The position numbers were made by a program, and so were the translations under genes. Source: a bacterium (GTDB taxonomy: Bacteria; Patescibacteriota; Minisyncoccia; JBBINA01). From it: a DNA stretch of 64,000 nt. Positions 1-10,877 of the stretch are shown here, one piece after another. The stretch covers positions 13,961-77,960 of the forward strand of contig JBBINA010000001.1 in NCBI GenBank assembly GCA_037444125.1, given 5' to 3'. The notes beneath the pieces were generated by a model, which was not told the origin of the DNA, did not search any database, and saw nothing but the letters and a program-made list of their open reading frames with translations. The number at the start of each line of letters is the position of its first letter. The first letter of the stretch is position 1.

Positions 1-51
1 CGTTTATATGTTAGCTAAAATCATTAATAAAGCTAAAATTTAAAAAGTTTT

Positions 52-618
52 ATGGCAAAAAAGAAAGATAAAGATTTAGGAGTTAGCAAGAAGCAAGATT
101 TAGACAAAATTGCGGAACTTCAGAATAAGCTCAATGAAATAATGCAAAAATTAAGTCTCCTTGAAGAAGAACATCTTAAAAAGGATCAAAAACTTACTGA
201 GTATCTTGATGGCTGGAAAAGGGCGCAGGCTGACCTTATTAATTATAAACGTGAGGAAAAAGAAAGACTGGAGCAATTTAAATCTTATATTGGCCTTGAG
301 ATAATCAAAAAAATTGTTATTCCAGCACTTGATGACTTGGATAGAGCTGTTGAAAATATTCCTAATGAACTGAGCGAGCATAATTGGGTTAAGGGGTTGA
401 TAGTGGTAAGTAATAATATTGTGGAGAACCTAAAGTCAGTAGGGATAGTTGTTTATGGTCAGCCGGGAGATAATTTTGATCCGAACTATCATGAAGTTCT
501 TTTAACAGAGCAAAAGCCAGAGATGGAGAATAAAATCATCAAGATCGTTGCACGAGGATATAAAACCAGTGAAGGAGTTGTTGTCAGAGCAGCTAAAGTC
601 GTCGTTGGAAAAAAATAA
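52..618 (+). CDS. grpE: GrpE nucleotide exchange factor
   Basis: 188 aa, coiled-coil N-term, GrpE-like core; directly upstream of dnaK. Confidence 0.88.
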   Translation: MAKKKDKDLGVSKKQDLDKIAELQNKLNEIMQKLSLLEEEHLKKDQKLTEYLDGWKRAQADLINYKREEKERLEQFKSYIGLEIIKKIVIPALDDLDRAVENIPNELSEHNWVKGLIVVSNNIVENLKSVGIVVYGQPGDNFDPNYHEVLLTEQKPEMENKIIKIVARGYKTSEGVVVRAAKVVVGKK

Positions 619-822
619 AAACCGAGATTTTGTTTGGAGAGTGTTTGTTTTGGATTCAAGATGAACGAGTTTATAATTTGCGAAGTTTATAATTTGTGAA
701 TAGTAGCTGAGATTTTAAATTTTTAATATTGATAGATTTCTTGTTTTAAGGCGTAAAAGATTTACTTTCAAGAATTTTTAAATATTTAAACATTTTAAAC
801 TTTTAATCTTTAAATTAAAATT

Positions 823-2664
823 ATGGCTAAAATTGTAGGTATTGATTTAGGTACAACTAATTCAGTGGTAGCCGTTATAGAATCTGGAGAACCAAGAATT
901 ATTGAAAATAAAGAAGGGGGCAGAATTACGCCATCGGTAGTAAGTATAACTAAAGCTGGCGAGCGCTTTGTTGGGATATTGGCGAAGCGGCAAGCGGTTA
1001 CTAATCCAGAAAACACAATCTATTCGATTAAGAGATTAATTGGTAGACGGTTTGATGATCCTGAAGTTCAGCATGAAATGAAGATTCTACCTTATAAAAT
1101 TAGACAAGCTAAAAATGGTGGTGTTGAAGTTAAAATGGGAGAACGTTGGTACACGCCACAGGAAATTTCAGCGATGATTTTGCAAAAAATTAAGCATGAT
1201 GTTGAGGATAAGCTTGGCGAAAAAGTTGAAGAAGCGGTGATTACTTGTCCGGCATATTTTGACGATAGCCAAAGGCGTGCTACTAAAGAGGCTGGAGAAA
1301 TAGCTGGGTTTAAAGTCAGGCGTGTTTTTAATGAGCCAACTGCAGCTGCTTTAGCTTATGGCTTTGACAAGAAAAAAGGGGGCAAAATTGTGGTTTATGA
1401 TTTTGGTGGAGGAACTTTTGATGTAACCGTGCTTGAAGTTAGTTCCGATACTATTGAGGTCAAGGCTACAGGTGGCGATACGCATCTTGGCGGAGATGAT
1501 ATAGATCAAGTGTTAATCCATTGGCTCATTAGCGAATTTAAAAAAGAACATGGTATTGATCTTAGTAAAGATGTGATTGCGCTTCAGCGCTTAAAAGATG
1601 CTTCTGAAAAGGCTAAACAAGAGCTTTCTACGCTTCAGGAGGTTGAGATTAACTTGCCTTTTATCACTTCTTCAGAATCAGGGCCTTTACATCTTTTGAA
1701 GAAGTTAACACGGTCAGAACTTGAAAGAATGGTGGTACACTTTATTGATAAGTCAATTGAGGAAACTAAGAAGACAGTTAAAGAAGCCGGTTTAGAAATA
1801 AAAGATATTGATGAGATAGTGCTTGTTGGTGGACAAACCAGGATGCCGCTTATTCAAAAAAAAGTTAAAGAACTATTTGGCAAGGAGCCGAATAAAAGCA
1901 TTAATCCTGATGAAGTAGTGGCTGTTGGCGCGGCAATTCAGGCAGGGATAATGCAGGGTGAAGTAAGAGATGTTTTGCTTTTAGATGTAACTCCCTTATC
2001 CTTAGGAATTGAAACATTAGGTGGTGTTTTTACAGTTTTGATTCCTAAGAATACCACTATTCCGACCAAAAAATCGCAAGTATTTACTACGGCTGCCGAT
2101 GGACAATCGTCAGTTGAAATTCATGTTCTTCAAGGAGAAAGACCTATGGCACAGGACAATAAAACATTGGGTAGGTTTATTCTTGATGGTATCCCGCCAG
2201 CCCCTAGGGGTGTTCCACAAATTGAAGTGACTTTTGATATTGATGCTAATGGTATTTTGCAAGTTTCTGCCGTAGACAAAGGTACGGGGAAGAGTCAAAC
2301 TATTCGTATTGAGGCTTCGACTGGGCTTTCAAAAGAAGAAATTGAAAAAATGAAAAAGGAAGCTGAACTCTATGCTGAAGAAGATAAGAAAAAAAGAGAA
2401 CTAATTGAAACTCAAAACGAAGCTGCTAATCTTATATACAGTGCGGAAAAATCATTAAAAGACTATGAAGGTAAAATTACAGCTGCAGATAAAGAGGAAA
2501 TTCAGCGTGGCATTGATGAACTTAAGAAAGTTGAGAAATCAAGCGATGTTCAGGAAATACGGGAGAAAATGAAGGCGCTTACTGATGTTTTGTTGCGCAT
2601 TGGACAGCAAATTTACAAACAAAACCCGCCGTCAGAAGAAAAAGGAAGCGGTTCTCAGAGGTGA
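823..2664 (+). CDS. dnaK: molecular chaperone DnaK (Hsp70)
   Basis: 613 aa; [18 protein letters not shown], typical Hsp70 C-terminus. Confidence 0.97.
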   Translation: MAKIVGIDLGTTNSVVAVIESGEPRIIENKEGGRITPSVVSITKAGERFVGILAKRQAVTNPENTIYSIKRLIGRRFDDPEVQHEMKILPYKIRQAKNGGVEVKMGERWYTPQEISAMILQKIKHDVEDKLGEKVEEAVITCPAYFDDSQRRATKEAGEIAGFKVRRVFNEPTAAALAYGFDKKKGGKIVVYDFGGGTFDVTVLEVSSDTIEVKATGGDTHLGGDDIDQVLIHWLISEFKKEHGIDLSKDVIALQRLKDASEKAKQELSTLQEVEINLPFITSSESGPLHLLKKLTRSELERMVVHFIDKSIEETKKTVKEAGLEIKDIDEIVLVGGQTRMPLIQKKVKELFGKEPNKSINPDEVVAVGAAIQAGIMQGEVRDVLLLDVTPLSLGIETLGGVFTVLIPKNTTIPTKKSQVFTTAADGQSSVEIHVLQGERPMAQDNKTLGRFILDGIPPAPRGVPQIEVTFDIDANGILQVSAVDKGTGKSQTIRIEASTGLSKEEIEKMKKEAELYAEEDKKKRELIETQNEAANLIYSAEKSLKDYEGKITAADKEEIQRGIDELKKVEKSSDVQEIREKMKALTDVLLRIGQQIYKQNPPSEEKGSGSQR

Positions 2665-2873
2665 TTAAATCGTGAATTTTGAATCAAAAGTTATTTTAGA
2701 GTATCGTGGTATAGAGTTAAGTGATTTTACGAAACTAATAGTGACAATGTTGCTAATAAAGTTATTGCAGGTTATGTTGTTTCGCCAACACTAGCTTTAT
2801 CCTATCCGTTATTAGCTTTGCACATGATTAAACGCAAGAAGGCGCTCGGCAAGTTTTCGTTATATGATCACGG

Positions 2874-3110
2874 ATGCGGGGGACTGATATTTCTGAGATA
2901 AGTGAAGTTTTTGCTCGAACAATTCAGCATCAAAAAGTTGATGGTGTAATATTGTTTCCTTTGGCTAGACCGAAAACGCTAGTTTCTTGGATTGAAGCAT
3001 TAAGCAGAATGGATATTTCTGTGTCCATCAAGGGATTTACAAGCGAGTTCATTATAGAGAAGACAGCGTTATTGAAATTTATAAACTGGCAGCAAGGTAG
3101 GGTGTTTTAA
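2874..3110 (+). CDS. hypothetical 78-aa ORF, possible remnant of a degraded gene
   Basis: ORF between dnaK and dnaJ; upstream adjacent frame reads ...LYDHGCGG, weakly like SAM-methyltransferase motif I; no start context. Confidence 0.2.
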   Translation: MRGTDISEISEVFARTIQHQKVDGVILFPLARPKTLVSWIEALSRMDISVSIKGFTSEFIIEKTALLKFINWQQGRVF

Positions 3111-3220
3111 GATTCATTGTGCCTCGAGATATAATTTAGCTCTAAAGGTTCATAGCGAAGTTGATAAGATAATTAAAGGGTCAGAATGGTACTTTGTAAA
3201 ATCAGTAGTGTAAAATGAGT

Positions 3221-3251
3221 GCGGCGAGCGTTGGTTCTCGCCGCTTTTATT
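3221..3251 (+). terminator. rho-independent terminator (GCGGCGAG-N8-CTCGCCGC + TTTTATT)
   Basis: 8-bp GC stem followed by T-tract, seen directly. Confidence 0.6.
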
Positions 3252-3324
3252 CAACAGGCAGGTAATAGTATTTTAAACGAGGTTTGTTTATAATGAATTT
3301 ATCTTAATTATTTAGTTAAGGTTT

Positions 3325-4449
3325 GTGAAAAAAGATTACTATGAAATTTTAGGCGTACCTAAAAACGCCTCTCAAGATGAAATTAAGAAGGCGTATTATC
3401 GTTTAGCTCATAAATATCACCCTGATAAAGGCGGCGATGAGGAGAAGTTTAAAGAAATTAATGAAGCCTATCAGGTTTTGTCTAATCCACAGAAACGAAA
3501 ACAATATGATACCTTCGGTCACACTTTTGAAGGTGCTTATGGTCCTGGGCAAGCTGGACAGTATGGGCAAGGTTTTGGCGGTTTTAATTTTGGAGATCTT
3601 GAAGATTTATTAAAAAATTTTGGCTTCAGCGGTTTTGATATTGGTTCGGTTTTTGGTGATTTTTTTGGAGAAGGACAAAGCGGTACATCGTATACAGAAG
3701 AAGATATTTTTGGGCATAGAGCCAAAAGGGGACGCGGACGTGACATAATTGTTAATTTAGAGATTGATCTTAAAGATGTATTTTTTGGTTCAAAAAAAGA
3801 TTTTCAAATTGAAAGATATGAGAAATGTGAGGTTTGTCGTGGGCAAGGATATGATATAGAGGCAGGCGTAGAAATGTGTGGAACTTGTAGAGGGACAGGT
3901 CAAGTGCAAGAGACGCGACGAATGCCGTTTGGTATATTTTCTCAAGTGAGACGATGTTCTTCTTGCGGAGGAGTCGGACGGATTCCCAAAAAGGCGTGTT
4001 CGATATGCCGCGGCCAGGGAAGTATAAAGCAAAAAAAGACAATTAGCATTGATATTCCTGAGGGTATCGATACAAACCAAGTTTTGCAATTAAAAGGTCA
4101 AGGAAATTTCGAAGACGGCCATTATGGTAATTTATTTATAAAAATTTTAGTAAAGAAAGACCCTAATCTTACCCGCAAGGGTTCAGATTTGTTTATGAAG
4201 AAGATGGTTAAGCTGACTGATATATTGTTATCGCGTGAGATTTTTGTAAATTTATTCAATGAGCAGATTCGCATTAAACTTTATCCTCATAATCTCAGTG
4301 AACCATTAATTAAAATTGAAGGTAAAGGTATGCCAAATTTTCAAAGACGAGGTCGTGGCAACTTGTTTGTTAGAATAATTCCCCAAGTTAAAGACCGCTG
4401 GTCGCGTAATGTTTATAAACTCATTGAAGAATTAGATAAGGAGTTGTAA
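3325..4449 (+). CDS. dnaJ: molecular chaperone DnaJ
   Basis: J domain (YYEILGV...HPDK), G/F-rich linker, four CxxCxGxG zinc-finger repeats; GTG start. Confidence 0.95.
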   Translation: MKKDYYEILGVPKNASQDEIKKAYYRLAHKYHPDKGGDEEKFKEINEAYQVLSNPQKRKQYDTFGHTFEGAYGPGQAGQYGQGFGGFNFGDLEDLLKNFGFSGFDIGSVFGDFFGEGQSGTSYTEEDIFGHRAKRGRGRDIIVNLEIDLKDVFFGSKKDFQIERYEKCEVCRGQGYDIEAGVEMCGTCRGTGQVQETRRMPFGIFSQVRRCSSCGGVGRIPKKACSICRGQGSIKQKKTISIDIPEGIDTNQVLQLKGQGNFEDGHYGNLFIKILVKKDPNLTRKGSDLFMKKMVKLTDILLSREIFVNLFNEQIRIKLYPHNLSEPLIKIEGKGMPNFQRRGRGNLFVRIIPQVKDRWSRNVYKLIEELDKEL

Positions 4450-4487
4450 AATAAGGGATAAATTTTGAATATCTAAGTAAAATAATA

Positions 4488-4967
4488 ATGATTAATTTTT
4501 TAGTCTCTTATTTTACAACTTATCTAGATTTAGCAATTTTTGTGGCTGCAGTTGTTTTTTTGTCGCCGGTTTTTTTATTAATGGGACAAGCGCGGGTAAC
4601 GGTATTGATATTAGCAAGTTATCTATCGTATGTTTTCTATCTAACTTTTCCCCGCAAAGATTTGTTTATTGATTTGAAGGTTGGTCTATTTTTACCTGGC
4701 ACCGCAGTTATGTTTATCTTGGGAGTGGTAGTGATTGCTTTGTTTTTTTTCTTTACTAATTTTGTTTTAGGCGCTCGGAAAAAGTTTCCCTTAAAGACAC
4801 TAATAGCAGGTTTATTTTTACTGATGTTGTTTTTTTCATTTTATTTTGAGACGGTTGCCCAAAGTTACAAAAATTTCAGCCCTTTTATTCAGTTTGTCTT
4901 TTTTAGCGATTATTCTTCTATCGTATGGCGAGGGATACCTATTTTTTTAATACCATTTTTTTTATAA
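4488..4967 (+). CDS. hypothetical polytopic membrane protein
   Basis: 159 aa, about 4 hydrophobic helices. Confidence 0.45.
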   Translation: MINFLVSYFTTYLDLAIFVAAVVFLSPVFLLMGQARVTVLILASYLSYVFYLTFPRKDLFIDLKVGLFLPGTAVMFILGVVVIALFFFFTNFVLGARKKFPLKTLIAGLFLLMLFFSFYFETVAQSYKNFSPFIQFVFFSDYSSIVWRGIPIFLIPFFL

Positions 4968-4970
4968 AAT

Positions 4971-6083
4971 ATGGAGCATACTGTTATTTATCGTAAATAC
5001 AGACCGACAAAGTTTGCTGATGTGATTGGACAGGATATTATAGTTGAGATTTTAAAAGCTCAAGTTTTTACTAAGCGTATTGGTAATGCTTATTTATTTT
5101 CTGGACAGCATGGAGTAGGTAAAACTACGGTAGCTAGACTTTTTTCCAAAGCAATTAATTGTCAAAATTTTCACCAGAAAGCTGATGTCTGTAATATCTG
5201 CGACAATTGCAAGCATTTTGAATCTACTTCGTTAAGTGATTTTATTGAAATAGATGGAGCGTCTAATCGGGGCATCGATGAGATCCGCAGTATTTCTGAA
5301 CAGATTCGCTATCCACCATCATTTTTGAATTACAAGGTTTATATCATTGACGAGGCCCATATGATTACTCGTCAAGCTTTTAACGCATTTCTTAAGAATC
5401 TTGAGGAGCCGCCGCCTTATGTTGTATTTATATTAGCGACTACCGAGGCTCATAAGCTACCTAAGACGATTTTATCTAGACTTCAGATTTTTGAGTTTAA
5501 AAAAGCTACGAAAGATGATATTAAGCTCAAAATTAAAAAGATTTTGCTTAATGAAAGAGTGGAATATGATGAGGCCGTAGTTGATTATGTTAGTGGATTA
5601 GGTAAAGGTTCTTTTCGTGATGTTGAATCTAGTTTAAATAAAATTCTTTTGTTGAGTTCTAAAAAGTTGACTTTGCCTCAGGTTAAGAAAATTTTGGGCT
5701 TAAGTGATTTCGAGGAGTTGAAAAAATTTATCGAATTTCTATTGGATGCCAAAACAAAAGAGGCACTAACTTTTCTTGATACGCATTTAGTTAAAAAGTC
5801 TCGTGATTTCAAAATCTTTGGTGAGGATTTATTAATGTTTTTGCGCAATATCGTTATTGCTTATTATGGCCGTAACCTTTTTGATCCTCGTGAGTTCACA
5901 GTAGATGAAATCGAGGTGTTAGTTGATTTGGGAAAAAAAGCTGAACTTAGAAAATTTATAAAGTTAATCGATATTTTTAAAGAGGCTTATCAGAATATTT
6001 ATCAATATCCATATCCTCATATTCCTTTTGAAGTGGCGGTGATAGAAGCGAGTAACCTTTTTAAACCTACTTCGGATAGATAG
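4971..6083 (+). CDS. dnaX: DNA polymerase III subunit gamma/tau (short form)
   Basis: KYRPTKFADVIGQ, Walker A GQHGVGKTT, zinc module CNICDNCKH, DEAHM box. Confidence 0.85.
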   Translation: MEHTVIYRKYRPTKFADVIGQDIIVEILKAQVFTKRIGNAYLFSGQHGVGKTTVARLFSKAINCQNFHQKADVCNICDNCKHFESTSLSDFIEIDGASNRGIDEIRSISEQIRYPPSFLNYKVYIIDEAHMITRQAFNAFLKNLEEPPPYVVFILATTEAHKLPKTILSRLQIFEFKKATKDDIKLKIKKILLNERVEYDEAVVDYVSGLGKGSFRDVESSLNKILLLSSKKLTLPQVKKILGLSDFEELKKFIEFLLDAKTKEALTFLDTHLVKKSRDFKIFGEDLLMFLRNIVIAYYGRNLFDPREFTVDEIEVLVDLGKKAELRKFIKLIDIFKEAYQNIYQYPYPHIPFEVAVIEASNLFKPTSDR

Positions 6084-6129
6084 TATATGATTTAATTTGC
6101 GGTTAATATGCATTAATATCATTATCATT

Positions 6130-7506
6130 ATGGAGTCTAAAAATAACAAGAATCTTTTGGAAAAGATAACAGCGCTCTGTAAGAGGCGAGGTTTAGTATT
6201 CCAAGGTTCAGAAATTTACGGTGGCCTTGAATCGATTTATGATTATGGGCCAGTTGGAGTTTTAATCAAAAATAATATTAAAAAATTATGGTGGCGCGAG
6301 TATGTTGAGAAACGAGCCGATATTGTAGGTTTAGACTCGTCAATATTGATGAGGGCAGCTGTTTGGAAAACATCAGGACATTTGGATAGTTTTAATGATC
6401 TAATGGTTGAGTGCATTTCTTGTCAAAAACGTTTTCGTGTTGATCATTTACTTGAGGGTTTTGGGTTTGAATTTAAGAGCGATAAAGATTACTTAAAAAA
6501 AGTTTTGAACGAAAATTCTTGCCCGAATTGTCAAAAGAAGAGTTTTGGCCAAATCGGGTCATTTAATATGATGTTTAAAACTTTTTTTGGACCTTATGAA
6601 AAAACTGAAAATGTTGTTTATTTGAGGCCCGAGACCGCTCAAGGCATTTTCGTTAATTTTAAAAATATTTTAAATTCATATCGATTGAAGCTTCCGTTTG
6701 GAGTGGCACAGATTGGTAAGGCTTTTCGTAATGAAATCACCACTGGCAATTTTTTGTTTAGACTTCGGGAGTTTGAACAAATGGAGTTGGAGTGGTTTAC
6801 TAGACCCGAGGATTCAGGGAAAGATTACGATTATTGGCAAAGAGAGCGTTTGAAATGGTACGAAAGGATTGGATTTAACCCATCTCATTTAAGAATTCGA
6901 CAGCACCAGAAATTAGAGTTAGCACATTATGCTATAGCTTCCTGTGATATAGAATATAAATTTTCTTTTGGCTGGAAAGAGATTGAAGGTATTGCGAATC
7001 GTATAGATTTCGATTTAAAGAGCCACTCACGCCAGACAAAACAAGATTTGACTTATTTTGATGAGCATACAAAAAAAGCTATTACGCCATATATTATTGA
7101 ACCTTCCTGTGGCGTTGATCGAGTGTTTTTAGCTTTATTATTTGATGCTTATTGCGAAGAAGAAGTAAGGGGTAGAAAGCGAGTTTATCTTAGGTTAAGC
7201 AAAGCTATTGCTCCATTTAAAGTTGCTGTTTTTCCTCTTTTATCAAATAATGATATTTTAGTAAAAAAAGCTCGCGAGGTTTACGATTTTCTTAAAGATG
7301 AGATTTATCCTATTATTTTTGATGACTCTGGTTCAATAGGCAAGCGTTATAGACGTATTGACGAAATTGGTGTGCCATATGGGATTACAATTGATCATAT
7401 AACCTTAATTGATACTACCGTAACTATTCGTGAGCGCGATTCAATGAAACAAGAACGTGTTGAGATAAAAGATCTTCTAAAGTGGATTAGGGAAAAATTT
7501 GATTAA
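6130..7506 (+). CDS. glyQS: glycine--tRNA ligase (dimeric class II type)
   Basis: N-term RRGLVFQGSEIYGG, class II motifs; ATG at 6130 preferred over TTG at 6097. Confidence 0.9.
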   Translation: MESKNNKNLLEKITALCKRRGLVFQGSEIYGGLESIYDYGPVGVLIKNNIKKLWWREYVEKRADIVGLDSSILMRAAVWKTSGHLDSFNDLMVECISCQKRFRVDHLLEGFGFEFKSDKDYLKKVLNENSCPNCQKKSFGQIGSFNMMFKTFFGPYEKTENVVYLRPETAQGIFVNFKNILNSYRLKLPFGVAQIGKAFRNEITTGNFLFRLREFEQMELEWFTRPEDSGKDYDYWQRERLKWYERIGFNPSHLRIRQHQKLELAHYAIASCDIEYKFSFGWKEIEGIANRIDFDLKSHSRQTKQDLTYFDEHTKKAITPYIIEPSCGVDRVFLALLFDAYCEEEVRGRKRVYLRLSKAIAPFKVAVFPLLSNNDILVKKAREVYDFLKDEIYPIIFDDSGSIGKRYRRIDEIGVPYGITIDHITLIDTTVTIRERDSMKQERVEIKDLLKWIREKFD

Positions 7507-7740
7507 TTAAGAGCACTTGAAAGTTGCGATTAATTTTTTTTATAAATAAACTGGAAGTATTGCTGAATGCCGTTCTTTTTAAAAAGCTTACGAACGGTCA
7601 GTCAGCAAAATTTACTCATGCCGAGGTGGTGGCGCACGCAAAAACGCTCGATAATATACTTCGACGATACAGGGGAAGGTGGAGACCGTTGGCTATTTAC
7701 CCACCTAATTATCTAACGGTTGAGACCTATTTATTTTTTT

Positions 7741-9027
7741 ATGAATAAATTCGAAAAAATCACCTTTCAAAATGGGCTTGTTTTGCTTTTTGCTGCTGTT
7801 AGAAATGTTGAAACTTTTACTTTTGTTGTGGCAAGTAAAGTTGGTTCAAAGTACGAAACTTTGGATAACAATGGTATTAGTCATTTGCTTGAGCATATGG
7901 TTTTTAAAGGTACAGATAAATTTAAAAATCAACAGGAGCTAAGTTTTGCTTTAGAGAATATCGGTTCAAGTTATAATGCTTTTACGGATAAAGAGGTGAC
8001 GGCTTATTATATTAAGGGCGATTTGAAATATTTTGAAGAAGCAGCCGGGATTTTAGCTTCAATGTATTTGAATCCTCTTTTACCTCAAGAAGAACTTGAA
8101 AAAGAAAAAGCGATTATTCGACAGGAAATTTATATGTATCATGATAACCCGTCACGATATGTTAGCGATTTATTTGAATACACTTTATTTGAAGGGTCAA
8201 GTCTTGGTTTTGAAATTGCTGGTTCAGAAGAAAGTTTATCTAAAATTAATTGGCAGATGTTGACTGATTATTATCAATCAAATTACATTCCCCCTAATAC
8301 TATTATCGTGGTGGCTGGTGGTTTAGACAAGAAGAGAGCTTTAAACGCCATTAAGAAACATTTTATTTTTTCTAAGGCTAGCTTGAAGGTGAAGAGTAAT
8401 CAAACTTTTGAAATACCGATAAGCAGCAAATCGGATATACGGATTCATTATAAAGAGACTAAAGAAGCTCATATTAAAATTGGTTTTCCAGCTTATGCTT
8501 TCAATGATGAAAGAAGATATATTTTGGGTGTTATGTCATGTATTTTGGGTCAAGGTATGGGATCATATCTTTTTTCTAAGATCAGGGAAGAATTGGGACT
8601 TTGTTATTATATTTTTTCTGAAGTTGGTGCCTACAAAGAAACTGGTTTTTTGGGAATTCAAGCTGGTTTAAACAATGATAAGCTTAAGCAAGGCATTATA
8701 GAAACATTTAAGATTTTAAAGAATCTTAGAGACAAAGAAGTGAATCAAAAGGAACTTAGACGCGCCAAAAATTTCTTAATTGGTAATTTCTTATTGAGTC
8801 TGGAGTCAAATTTTCAGCTAGCTAATTTCTATCTTATGCAGGAAGTGGCTGGCTCGCCTAGGATTTTAACGCCTGACGAAGTTATTAAAAAAACTTCTAA
8901 GGTTAGCTCTCAAAATATTAAAGTAATAGCTCGTGATATCATTAAAAGCCATTGTCTTAAAATTGCCTTGGTTGGACAATTTAAAAAAGATGAATTTAAC
9001 GATATAATGAAATTTGTTTTCGAATGA
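7741..9027 (+). CDS. M16 family zinc peptidase (insulinase-like)
   Basis: inverted zinc motif HLLEHMVFKGT; ~430 aa two-domain architecture; ATG 7741 preferred. Confidence 0.8.
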   Translation: MNKFEKITFQNGLVLLFAAVRNVETFTFVVASKVGSKYETLDNNGISHLLEHMVFKGTDKFKNQQELSFALENIGSSYNAFTDKEVTAYYIKGDLKYFEEAAGILASMYLNPLLPQEELEKEKAIIRQEIYMYHDNPSRYVSDLFEYTLFEGSSLGFEIAGSEESLSKINWQMLTDYYQSNYIPPNTIIVVAGGLDKKRALNAIKKHFIFSKASLKVKSNQTFEIPISSKSDIRIHYKETKEAHIKIGFPAYAFNDERRYILGVMSCILGQGMGSYLFSKIREELGLCYYIFSEVGAYKETGFLGIQAGLNNDKLKQGIIETFKILKNLRDKEVNQKELRRAKNFLIGNFLLSLESNFQLANFYLMQEVAGSPRILTPDEVIKKTSKVSSQNIKVIARDIIKSHCLKIALVGQFKKDEFNDIMKFVFE

Positions 9028-9067
9028 GTCTTGTTAAAATGAATTTTTTTGACTATTATAAAATGTT

Positions 9068-10081
9068 ATGCCTGAATCAGTCGAGATTTCATTTAAAACC
9101 ATTGTTAAGACAATTTTATTTCTTGTGGCTATTATTTTTGTTCTTTGGGTTAAAGAGTTGATTATTGTCCTAATTATTTCATTTATCATCGCCTCAGCTT
9201 ATGCACCATTGGTTGAAAAACTTAAAGAGAAAAAGGTGCCGCGGGTTTTAAGTGCTTTGTTGCTTTATTTGGTTACTCTAGCGGTTTTGTCATTTTTAAT
9301 TTATTTGGTTATTCAGCCGTTATCGCAGGAATTTTACCAAATTTCCAAGAATATACCTCAGATAATTAACCAATTTACAACTTCGTCATTTTTTAAGGAA
9401 TACGGCTTAGAATTAAAGGACGCTTTGCTTAATTTATCAACCAAGTTGCAGTCGCTTTCGCTTAACGCGATTAATCTTTTAATTGCTCTTTTGGGAGGAT
9501 TTTTACAAACAGCCGTAGTTTTAGTATTATCTTTTTACCTAACTATTGAAAATAGAGAAATTCAGAGTTTTATTTCCGTTATATTCCCTAAAAAATATCA
9601 GAACTTTTTTTTAAAGATTTGGGTGCGTTCGCAAAAAAAACTAAGCTCCTGGGTTAAGGCACAATTCCTTTTGATGTTAGTTGTTAGTGTTGTTTCTTTT
9701 TTGGGGCTTTCTTTATTGGGTATTCCTTTTGCCTTATCCTTGGCAATTCTTTCTGGTCTTTTTGAAATTATTCCTTATGCTGGGCCAATATTTGCGGCTA
9801 TTGTAGCTATTTTTATCGCTCTTATTTATACCGGACCTTTTTATGCCTTACTTACTTTGATTCTATATTTTTTGATTCAGCAACTAGAGAATTATGTGAT
9901 TGTACCCAAAATTATGGAACGCACTTTTCACTTAAGCCCTGTAATGGTTATTAGCGCTATTTATATTGGCGCCAAACTAGGTGGAGCCATTGGCGGATTT
10001 TTAGCTATTCCAGTTTCACTTCTTATTAGCGAAGGTATAAAAGAATATCAAGAATTAAAGAATGTTGAAAATGATTTATAA
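9068..10081 (+). CDS. AI-2E family transporter (UPF0118/PerM-like)
   Basis: 337 aa, ~8 TM, conserved IPYAGP motif region. Confidence 0.65.
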   Translation: MPESVEISFKTIVKTILFLVAIIFVLWVKELIIVLIISFIIASAYAPLVEKLKEKKVPRVLSALLLYLVTLAVLSFLIYLVIQPLSQEFYQISKNIPQIINQFTTSSFFKEYGLELKDALLNLSTKLQSLSLNAINLLIALLGGFLQTAVVLVLSFYLTIENREIQSFISVIFPKKYQNFFLKIWVRSQKKLSSWVKAQFLLMLVVSVVSFLGLSLLGIPFALSLAILSGLFEIIPYAGPIFAAIVAIFIALIYTGPFYALLTLILYFLIQQLENYVIVPKIMERTFHLSPVMVISAIYIGAKLGGAIGGFLAIPVSLLISEGIKEYQELKNVENDL

Positions 10082-10805
10082 AAGATTTTATATTGAATCA
10101 AAAGATTTTGAGCAATTTTCCTTTAAAGATAATATCGTCGTGTTGATGAATAAGGACTTAAGACATCGACTTTGTCACGTTTTGCGTCTAAAAGCGGGCG
10201 ATGAACTGATTTTGTTTACTGATCAGAGCATTGAGTATTTGGCGACTATTAACGAAGTTACTAAAAATTCTATTGTTTTTAAAATTAAGAGAGTGTTAAA
10301 ATTTGCAAATCATTTGACAAGACAGATTATTGTCTTTTTTTCTTTGATTAAAAAATCTAGATTTGAGTGGGCTTTGGAAAAGTTGACCGAGTTGGGGGTT
10401 TATAAAATTGTTCCCATAGTATGCGCTAGAACCGTAGTAAAGATAGATAAAATTCCTCAACGCTTTAAGAGGATTTTAATTGAAGCTTCTGAACAGTCAG
10501 GGAGGACATCAGTGCCGGCAATAGAAGATCCCTTAACTTTCAGCGAAGCTGTTCGGAAAGTAATCTCTTTTCAAGATGCAATTAATATTCTTTTCGATTC
10601 TAGTGGCGAGAAATTATCCGACTATAATGCTGATTTAAACAAAAAAAGAAAAATTAATATTTTTGTTGGTCCTGAGGGTGGTTTTACAGATGCAGAAATT
10701 ACAGAGGCGACGAGAAATAATTTTGAGATCGTAAAATTATCACCCTTAATTTTAAGAGCCGAAACAGCTGCAATTGTTGGCGCTTATCTGGTTTTAAATT
10801 ATTGA
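10062..10805 (+). CDS. rsmE: 16S rRNA (uracil1498-N3)-methyltransferase RsmE
   Basis: 247 aa; PUA-like N-term, C-term GPEGGFT...LRAETAA matches RsmE; overlaps upstream gene by 20 nt. Confidence 0.85.
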   Translation: MLKMIYKRFYIESKDFEQFSFKDNIVVLMNKDLRHRLCHVLRLKAGDELILFTDQSIEYLATINEVTKNSIVFKIKRVLKFANHLTRQIIVFFSLIKKSRFEWALEKLTELGVYKIVPIVCARTVVKIDKIPQRFKRILIEASEQSGRTSVPAIEDPLTFSEAVRKVISFQDAINILFDSSGEKLSDYNADLNKKRKINIFVGPEGGFTDAEITEATRNNFEIVKLSPLILRAETAAIVGAYLVLNY

Positions 10806-10877
10806 TAATTATGAGAATATTTATAAAAAATGCTCATTTTAAATTTATTCTGAATACAAGAATGAAAAGCAATTTCC

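Noticed and set aside
151-381. Short antisense or embedded ORFs inside well-supported genes (e.g. 151..381-, 810..1016-, 2110..2298-, 3537..4089-, 5964..6149-, 8480..8671+, 12115..12315+, 23297..23587-, 24016..24261+, 25982..26191+, 26538..26774+, 27493..27726+, 32251..32562+, 33453..33728+, 36175..36462-, 43350..43535-, 45688..45930-, 50243..50518-, 51868..52050-, 60363..60705, 61005..61238-, 62331..62651-)
   Set aside because: They overlap conserved genes on the opposite strand or in another frame, are low-complexity and AT-codon biased, and have no start context; typical spurious ORFs of AT-rich DNA
2690-3110. SAM-dependent methyltransferase remnant between dnaK and dnaJ
   Set aside because: Motif I-like LYDHGCGG is followed immediately by the putative acidic post-I segment without the expected ~20-aa spacing; too weak to call, so kept only as a low-confidence ORF
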